A program made the translations under genes and the position numbers. From NCBI GenBank assembly GCA_003164215.1, contig PLSR01000017.1, positions 28,656 through 92,655 on the forward strand: a stretch of 64,000 nucleotides of DNA, given 5' to 3'. This stretch comes from Candidatus Kaiserbacteria bacterium. GTDB taxonomy: Bacteria > Patescibacteriota > Minisyncoccia > Phycocordibacterales > UBA2100. Each line of letters starts with the position of its first letter. Position 1 is the first letter of the stretch. Under the pieces are notes generated by a model. It worked only from the letters and a program-made list of their open reading frames with translations. It made no database searches and had not been told where the DNA came from. This document shows positions 58,074-64,000 of the stretch, in pieces.

Positions 58074-59546
58074 TCACCATTCAGCCTCGAAAAGGCGAGC
58101 AAATTCGGTCTGGTAGTGCGTCTCGGTTTCTCCGGTACTCGACTCTATATCACTGAGTGAAATCTCTACCGTATCCGTCATGTCGAGTATGAACGTATGA
58201 TTCTCACGTAGCGCGTCTATGTTGTTCTCCACCGCGATCCGGACCTGACTATTGAGCAGTCTGACGCTGTTTTCGAGATCATCGATATATGTATTGATGC
58301 GTCGCCCCACGTCTACTTCATAGATACGCGATAGCCGCGTGAACATGTCTCGGAATGCGAGGAGCGCCGCGTATTCTCGCAAGAAGCTCTGTCGGTGCAG
58401 GAAGACGAGAAACGCTCCGGTCGGACGCAGTGCATCGATCTGCGCCTTGAACTCGTTCACGAACGGAAGATCGCTCGGGCAGTAATAGATGCTCTCGCCG
58501 GTGAGTGTCCGTACAATCTCCGACATTCCCCATATTGAATGAGGTCTGTCTTCAAGCGTAAGGTGGCCTGCTGTGATGAGTTTTTGCATCGCTTCAGTCG
58601 CGTCATTCTTTGCTCGCATCCATGCACTGAAAACTTCCTTGTGAGGATGTTTCGTTGTTGCATCGTTGCAAGTGTTCTTATGCGAACTCATACAGAGGGG
58701 TTCGTATTCATCTACAAAAAGCCCCTCATCAAGCCATCGCAGCACCGTGCGGCGAAGTACTGCCCGTATATCTTCGTGGCGGGTCTTGGTGGATGTGTGG
58801 AATTCTTGTATCAGCGCGTCATCATCGACAGCAGAAATCCCTGCGTACTGCGCCCATTTTTCCAGTATCGCCATGTGCGGCATGCTTGCGAAGTACCCTT
58901 GAAAGTACCATTGGTGACTTTCGAGACCCGCTTTTTCAAACGCGTCAGCATACCTGTTGTGCAGATCGTCGACGATTGCCGTCACAAGTTTCTGCTTCGC
59001 TTCGGTACTCAGTGATGCAGAATTGTCGAATGCGTTCGCGAGCAATTCCTCTTGCGTCAGGTATTCAGTCTCGGTTTCCGCATCGGGATACAGTGCAAGG
59101 ATATCTTGTCGTTCTGATTCGCTGAGATTTTGGAACGCCATCGTATAGACCGTACGGTCATATGGAAGACCGCTCTGTTGCAGCAGGTACTCAAGCGCCT
59201 CATTCTCGTCAATATGGAGTATCTTTTCTTTCGAGCCAGTGCGGATATGGGCGAGGTATCCCATGATTGCGAGTGACCGATACAGCGAAATCTCAGCATT
59301 GAGATACGTCGTCTGCGCGTCGAGTCGCGCGTGTAGCGCCGTATTCCAGCCACTGTTGTACTTGTTGTATTCCTGCGCTTCGTAATTATTGGCAGGTCTC
59401 CATCCTTCGCTGATCGCGTGCTTGTCTGCGGGCGTGAGGATGTCAGCGCCGCCAGTATCTTTCGCGCAATCGTTTTGCACTAAGAGCAGAATGCGCTGCT
59501 TCGGGCGCAAGGCGTTGGTACTCAGTAATTTGGTGAGGTCTTTCAT
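58074..59546 (-). CDS. hypothetical protein of the mobile element, with no P-loop
   Basis: ATG at 59546 (MKDLTKLL) sits 4 nt after the upstream gene's stop. Occupies the position that terL has in the paralogous left-end module but lacks Walker motifs. Confidence 0.5.
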   Translation of the reverse strand: MKDLTKLLSTNALRPKQRILLLVQNDCAKDTGGADILTPADKHAISEGWRPANNYEAQEYNKYNSGWNTALHARLDAQTTYLNAEISLYRSLAIMGYLAHIRTGSKEKILHIDENEALEYLLQQSGLPYDRTVYTMAFQNLSESERQDILALYPDAETETEYLTQEELLANAFDNSASLSTEAKQKLVTAIVDDLHNRYADAFEKAGLESHQWYFQGYFASMPHMAILEKWAQYAGISAVDDDALIQEFHTSTKTRHEDIRAVLRRTVLRWLDEGLFVDEYEPLCMSSHKNTCNDATTKHPHKEVFSAWMRAKNDATEAMQKLITAGHLTLEDRPHSIWGMSEIVRTLTGESIYYCPSDLPFVNEFKAQIDALRPTGAFLVFLHRQSFLREYAALLAFRDMFTRLSRIYEVDVGRRINTYIDDLENSVRLLNSQVRIAVENNIDALRENHTFILDMTDTVEISLSDIESSTGETETHYQTEFARLFEAEW

Positions 59547-59550
59547 AATG

Positions 59551-59760
59551 TTATCGTTTCTTGAGCGTCTGCTCGAGAAGCTCGATGCGTGCCTTGAGTT
59601 CAGCCGTCTCAATGCTTTTTACCAATGCGGTCGCCACGCGGGAAAGAGCAAGCGCTTGCCGCAGGGTAATCTTTCGATTCTTGAGGTCGTGCATGGCCTG
59701 TGAAAGCAGTATTGTCACTTCCGCGGGAGTCAGTGATTTTGTGAGTAATTCGTGTTCCAT
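59551..59760 (-). CDS. small coiled-coil protein
   Basis: 69 aa, tightly packed between neighbouring genes. Confidence 0.4.
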   Translation of the reverse strand: MEHELLTKSLTPAEVTILLSQAMHDLKNRKITLRQALALSRVATALVKSIETAELKARIELLEQTLKKR

Positions 59761-59772
59761 ATTGATGTGCGG

Positions 59773-60156
59773 TTATATGCCTTCTCCGTACTCAAGCCAC
59801 AGCCGTACATCGCTTGAGTGCGGATTTTTAACAATCTTTTTGAGTAATGATCCGAATACGAGCGGGGTCATCGAACGCATCCATGCGCGTGTATCATCAA
59901 GCAGTCCGTCGCGGTCGATCCTCACGTTCCATTCAGTGAGCGTGCTTTCATCAACGCTGTATCGCTCTGCAAATGCCTTTTGCGATTTGATCTCAAGCAG
60001 GTCTTGCATGCTCTCATCAAACCCCATCTTTTCGAGCGACTGGCGCGGCATGTCGCGGTAGCTTGGCGGCAGCGCTCTCCATTTGAGATACGTCTCGAAT
60101 TCACGTGCCTTGTACGCGCCACGTCCTCTGTTTGGTGGTGGTACGGCATCGCTCAT
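59773..60156 (-). CDS. small-terminase-like / phage HTH protein
   Basis: KSQKAFAERYSVDESTLTEW resembles the terminase small-subunit HTH. ATGA overlap with the methyltransferase gene. Confidence 0.4.
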   Translation of the reverse strand: MSDAVPPPNRGRGAYKAREFETYLKWRALPPSYRDMPRQSLEKMGFDESMQDLLEIKSQKAFAERYSVDESTLTEWNVRIDRDGLLDDTRAWMRSMTPLVFGSLLKKIVKNPHSSDVRLWLEYGEGI

Positions 60157-60902
60157 AGTTTTCGCGCGACAAGTCCGGTGAGCTTCTCCATACGCGCTAT
60201 TGCAATTCCCGCGTACGCAGGATCAATTTCTATACCGATACACCTTCGACCGAGGTGCTCGCAGGCGACGGTGGTACTCCCGCTGCCTAAGAAGGGGTCA
60301 TACACGTAGTCTCCGAGGCGCGTCGAGTTTGGTATTAATTTGCGCAGGAGTCCTATGGGTTTCTGTGTCGGATGAAGTTTCGATGCAGCTGGTTTTGGGT
60401 GGAAGAGTATGCTTTTTGCTTTGCTGCGTTCCATCTTGTGCTTACCGCACCAGCCGTATGCGATGAGCTCGTGCATGGGCAAATAGTCCTTCCTGCCGAG
60501 GACGACCGTATTCTTGATCCATATGAGGCCTTGAGAGTAATAGAATCCGGCGTCCTTCATGCCTTGGCGCAGCGCGGGGTACATAAGATCGCTGTTGAAG
60601 ATGTAGCAGGCATTGTACGGCTCTAGGTGCGGCTTTACCGCCTCGAGCCACGCTCCCGTGAAGCGAGCGTATTCCTCGTCGGATTGCAGCTGATCGCCGA
60701 TGATCGCTTTGTCCGTATTCACGCCCAGCTTGTTGAAATCTCGCTTGCCCTCGACGTAGGAGACGGCGTACGGGGGATCAACGAGAATGCATCTGATCTT
60801 TTTGTCTCCAATGACCTTACTCACGAATGTCGCATCGAGCGAATCGCCGCACGCGATGATGTGCTCACCGACGGAGAAGATATCTCCTTGCTCGACGCTC
60901 AT
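60153..60902 (-). CDS. N6-adenine/N4-cytosine DNA methyltransferase (orphan, phage-type)
   Basis: Motif IV DPPY (ILVDPPYAVSY) and motif I FLGSGSTTVA. The C-terminus RMEKLTGLVARKL is near-identical to the left-end methyltransferase tail. Start ATG at 60902 overlaps the upstream stop (ATGA). Confidence 0.8.
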   Translation of the reverse strand: MSVEQGDIFSVGEHIIACGDSLDATFVSKVIGDKKIRCILVDPPYAVSYVEGKRDFNKLGVNTDKAIIGDQLQSDEEYARFTGAWLEAVKPHLEPYNACYIFNSDLMYPALRQGMKDAGFYYSQGLIWIKNTVVLGRKDYLPMHELIAYGWCGKHKMERSKAKSILFHPKPAASKLHPTQKPIGLLRKLIPNSTRLGDYVYDPFLGSGSTTVACEHLGRRCIGIEIDPAYAGIAIARMEKLTGLVARKL

Positions 60903-62188
60903 ATGAGTGTCGCGCGTTGGTTGGTAAAGGACTCCCACCGGTCGATGCAGACGGTGGCGAAGATCGGATCGATCTCGACACCCCGCCACTTGCGATTGAG
61001 CTGTTCGCATGCGATGAGATCGCTTCCACTACCGGCAAAGCCGCTGAGCACGATGTGTCCCGGAGCACTGCAACGCTTCAGTGGCTTCTCGTTGAGCGCG
61101 ACCGGCTTTTGAGTCGGGTGCTGATATGATTGCGCGTTATCCCTACGTGCCAGCCAGAGATTGAATATGTCGAGGATTTCCTCGTGCACCTGATTACCTG
61201 ATCCGATCTCTTTGTTCAGAAGCTCGTTGGTATTGCGCAGTTCGCTATTGAGATACGGCTTACCGAGAATGCCGTACACGCACGGCTCGTATGCCTTGTT
61301 GAACGCGACCTGCGGAGTCATGTTGAAGTTGTTCTTGATCCACAGGCAGACGCGTTTGTTGTCGATGCCATTTTCTCGATACAGCGATTGCAGGAGCCAT
61401 ATGTACTTCTCATCGCACCAGTAGAACAGGTGCGCGTTCGGCTTTGCGACAGCAAGTGCGGCTTTCATGCTTGCATCGAGAAACACGCCGAATGCGGCAT
61501 CTTTTTTGGAATCTTTGGCGCTCGTATAGGTTCCTTCGTATTTGCCACCCGTACTGATCCCTTTTGAGTAATCGAGTCCGATGTTGTAGGGGCTGTCACA
61601 GTACACGACATCCGCCAGATCCGTATCCATCAGTTTCTTGACCTGTTCGGCATCGGTCGAATCGCCGACGAGAAGACGGTGTTTGCCGAGCTGCCACAGT
61701 TCACCCGGTTTTACCCGAGCAACCTTTGTCTCCTTGAGCGCCTTTTCGACGTCGAAATCGTCCTCGATTACGTCAACATCATCGAAGATCGTTTGCAGTT
61801 CCTCATCCCCGAAACCGACGTCGAGAAGTAGATCCATATCCATCGCTTTGAGTAATTCCTCATCCCAGCTGCCCGTATTTTGATTACTGCGCAGCAGATA
61901 TTCCTCGCGCTCAGTTTCGCTGAGGGCTCGATTGGGCACGCGCACGTCGATCTCTTCCTCGCCGCGTCCGGCAAGCTGCATCGCTTTCAATCGTTGATGC
62001 CCAGCCAATATCGTGTTATCAGTATCCACTACAGGTATCTCGACGAGATTGAACCGCGCGATGCTTTCTTGCAGATTCCGCATCTGCGATTCACTCATCT
62101 TGCGCGGGTTCTTCGGGTGACCGATGAGCTGGCTAATGATGCGCTTTTCCGTTTTCCATGTGAGATTCGTTTTTGTTACTTTTTTCAT
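60899..62188 (-). CDS. ParB-like N-terminal domain fused to a DNA methyltransferase (paralog of 3731..5080)
   Basis: ParB-N (ILAGHQRLKAM). Methyltransferase motifs DSPY (VVYCDSPYNIGLDY) and FAGSGSDLIA. Confidence 0.8.
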   Translation of the reverse strand: MKKVTKTNLTWKTEKRIISQLIGHPKNPRKMSESQMRNLQESIARFNLVEIPVVDTDNTILAGHQRLKAMQLAGRGEEEIDVRVPNRALSETEREEYLLRSNQNTGSWDEELLKAMDMDLLLDVGFGDEELQTIFDDVDVIEDDFDVEKALKETKVARVKPGELWQLGKHRLLVGDSTDAEQVKKLMDTDLADVVYCDSPYNIGLDYSKGISTGGKYEGTYTSAKDSKKDAAFGVFLDASMKAALAVAKPNAHLFYWCDEKYIWLLQSLYRENGIDNKRVCLWIKNNFNMTPQVAFNKAYEPCVYGILGKPYLNSELRNTNELLNKEIGSGNQVHEEILDIFNLWLARRDNAQSYQHPTQKPVALNEKPLKRCSAPGHIVLSGFAGSGSDLIACEQLNRKWRGVEIDPIFATVCIDRWESFTNQRATLI

Positions 62189-62381
62189 GCATTGGTCATT
62201 ACGATTCTAATGACCTGTGCTTTGAGGGGGTGGTGACAGCAAAAAAAACCGCCAACGCCCGAGCAAAGCTCAGGCTGTTGACGGTCCTTTCTCTCGACCA
62301 TCGTGGATACCGCGCAGGTATCTATATGTTTATATTATATAAGACAGGGAGAAACCCCGCAAGGGTCGGATCTATGGAATA

Positions 62382-63914
62382 TCAAGGTAACCAGCCCCAA
62401 TCGACCTGTCGCTCAAGGTCCTCGTCACACTTCGGACATTTTGCGCGAATCGTAAGGCTGCCGTACGTAAGCTCTATGATAAAAGGAGCCTTGTTTAGCA
62501 TTCGTCCACTGAGGGTATTGCTATGAACGAACTTGCATATGACCGCATGGCAGTGGGGGCATTTCCATTCAGCGTCCTTCGTATTATCCGGAAGTTCTTT
62601 TTTCTCCCTGACGCACTCATCGCAGATTGTAGGCTGTGATTCGAAACCGTGGCGATTCGAGTCTGTATGCAACTGGATCGGCCGTTTGCGGCAGATCTTA
62701 CAAAACGCGAGTCGTGTTGACGAGACAGCTCCCCAGAATTCGCGCTCTTTTTCCTGACATGCACGCGCGTGAGCGGTAAGCCGCTTCGACTCCTTTTGAA
62801 ACAGTTTCATTCTCTCTTGCTGAGACACAACGGGGTGTTGCGCCCAAAAGGTGTGATTGAAATGCTTTGGCATATCCCATGCCGCAGTGGTGATGTTACG
62901 CAGTTGTGTGCCGACAGTATGGTACACCGTCGACAATGCACGTTGGATCTCATTGATGCGATAGTCGATGACGTCTTCGATTGTCTCCCATTCTTCCGCA
63001 TCTTGGCGTTGCAAACGCCATTGGTCAAAACGTGTCTTTGAGATATCGTCGAGTTGATCGCGCTGTACGCCGTGGTTTTCGCGAATACGGTAGCTGCCGC
63101 CGTAACTGCGGTCGCCGTATCGCTTTTTGAAGTCGTCTAAGTCGGTCACGACCTTGGTGAGGGATGCACGGATTTGTGCAGTATCGTATTTACCGTTACC
63201 TCGAATGCGACTCCATGCTTTAAAGCCGTCAATGCTATGTCGCATCGCCTGAACATCCGTGCCGTGCAAATATTCTGTCCGTGGAGTGAGATATCCGCCT
63301 CCGAGCTCTCCCGCTGCGAGTTCGAGGAGGGGCTTGGATTCTTCGCCTGTCACTCGTTCCCAGACGTCAGTAATCAGGTCGTAGATTTTATAGAGCTTTT
63401 GCGCGACTCGCGCGTCGCCCTTGAGGAAACTCTTCTTTGAATTCGGGTGCCGGTTGATGTAGTAATACCAAAGCTCGAGCGGATCAATAATGGCCGCGGC
63501 CTGAGCGACATGTGTCCTCAAGAAAGTGAGCTTCTTCGCATCAAGCCGGTACTGCTTTAATTCTTCGGGAAGCGAGACGACCGCCGACAGGTCATGATTG
63601 AATGTCGCAACGCTCTCAAACATGTCACTTTCATCAATCGGCATTTTGTACTTGTCTTTCAGTGGCGTTGTGTGGATGAAGCGGAGAAGGGCATCGAAAG
63701 TCGCTGTGAGTAGATACGGATTGAACAGAACATCATCACTCTTTTTACGTGCCGGATCATTAGCATCTCTTACAAGGAATGCCATTCCCGAACCCCATGC
63801 AATGTATCGAGGCCTTTCCTCAATCGGTTTGTCTGGATACGACTCGACACTTCCGGGATCCCACAATCGGCCATTTAGAACGATATTTTTACGCAGCTGA
63901 GTGACTATGAGCAA
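62382..63914 (-). CDS. hypothetical phage-like protein with a C-terminal multi-zinc-ribbon region
   Basis: 510 aa. C-terminus CDECV...CPHCH...CPKCDED. The ORF may extend beyond 63914 toward the window edge. Confidence 0.45.
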   Translation of the reverse strand: MLIVTQLRKNIVLNGRLWDPGSVESYPDKPIEERPRYIAWGSGMAFLVRDANDPARKKSDDVLFNPYLLTATFDALLRFIHTTPLKDKYKMPIDESDMFESVATFNHDLSAVVSLPEELKQYRLDAKKLTFLRTHVAQAAAIIDPLELWYYYINRHPNSKKSFLKGDARVAQKLYKIYDLITDVWERVTGEESKPLLELAAGELGGGYLTPRTEYLHGTDVQAMRHSIDGFKAWSRIRGNGKYDTAQIRASLTKVVTDLDDFKKRYGDRSYGGSYRIRENHGVQRDQLDDISKTRFDQWRLQRQDAEEWETIEDVIDYRINEIQRALSTVYHTVGTQLRNITTAAWDMPKHFNHTFWAQHPVVSQQERMKLFQKESKRLTAHARACQEKEREFWGAVSSTRLAFCKICRKRPIQLHTDSNRHGFESQPTICDECVREKKELPDNTKDAEWKCPHCHAVICKFVHSNTLSGRMLNKAPFIIELTYGSLTIRAKCPKCDEDLERQVDWGWLP

Positions 63915-64000
63915 TTGAAGCGGGCTGTAGTAATCGACGATCCCATTTTGAACACTCCCGTCTAGCTGCCGTACAGGGCCCTCTGCTGAATACAGCGGAG

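Noticed and set aside
58074-59546. Calling the 490-aa protein a terminase large subunit because of its position after the terS-like gene
   Set aside because: No Walker A/B or nuclease motifs were seen, so the function is left unassigned.

Overview
This 64-kb window looks like a compact, gene-dense bacterial chromosome segment with a reduced-genome, cell-envelope-heavy gene repertoire; a CPR/Patescibacteria origin is a guess that nothing here lets me test. Coding runs on both strands with near-gapless operons and several ATGA start/stop overlaps.

Main contents:
- Housekeeping core: obg, typA/bipA, ABC-F ATPase, YgjP/DUF45 hydrolase, msrB, glmS, metK with a SAM-I riboswitch leader, YvcK/CofD-family protein, nth, a MutY-like glycosylase, an HAD-IB phosphatase, a HIT-like protein, RNase J, secG, groES-groEL, a LemA-HtpX pair, pyrF and tRNA-Ser(GGA).
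- Cell-envelope and secreted proteins: M15 peptidase, VKOR, DsbA-like protein, GH18, beta-lactamase-family hydrolase, SanA/DUF218, an S41 peptidase carrying a J-like domain, a surface protein with peptidoglycan-binding plus IPT/TIG/PKD domains, a C39-like peptidase and an orphan family-5 solute-binding protein.
- A 1976-aa secreted giant protein (43061..48991) with a Cys-rich head, a Pro/Ala/Thr-rich linker, a lysozyme-like (SLT/VirB1-type) transglycosylase domain, an SGNH/GDSL hydrolase domain and a C-terminal coiled coil.
- A degenerate phage-like module at the left end (1886..5080): terminase large subunit, small-terminase-like protein and a ParB-N::DNA-methyltransferase fusion, next to a divergent UDG-superfamily protein.
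- An integrative element at the right end (54423 to the window edge) abutting tRNA-Ser: a HEPN-like plus HNH two-gene candidate defence module, a large serine recombinase, a small-terminase-like protein, an orphan DNA methyltransferase and a second ParB-N::methyltransferase paralogous to the left-end copy.
- A LAGLIDADG homing-endonuclease-like gene directly upstream of the tRNA.
- A family of about 55-nt double-hairpin intergenic palindromic repeats (at least 4 copies).

No CRISPR array and no rRNA were seen.
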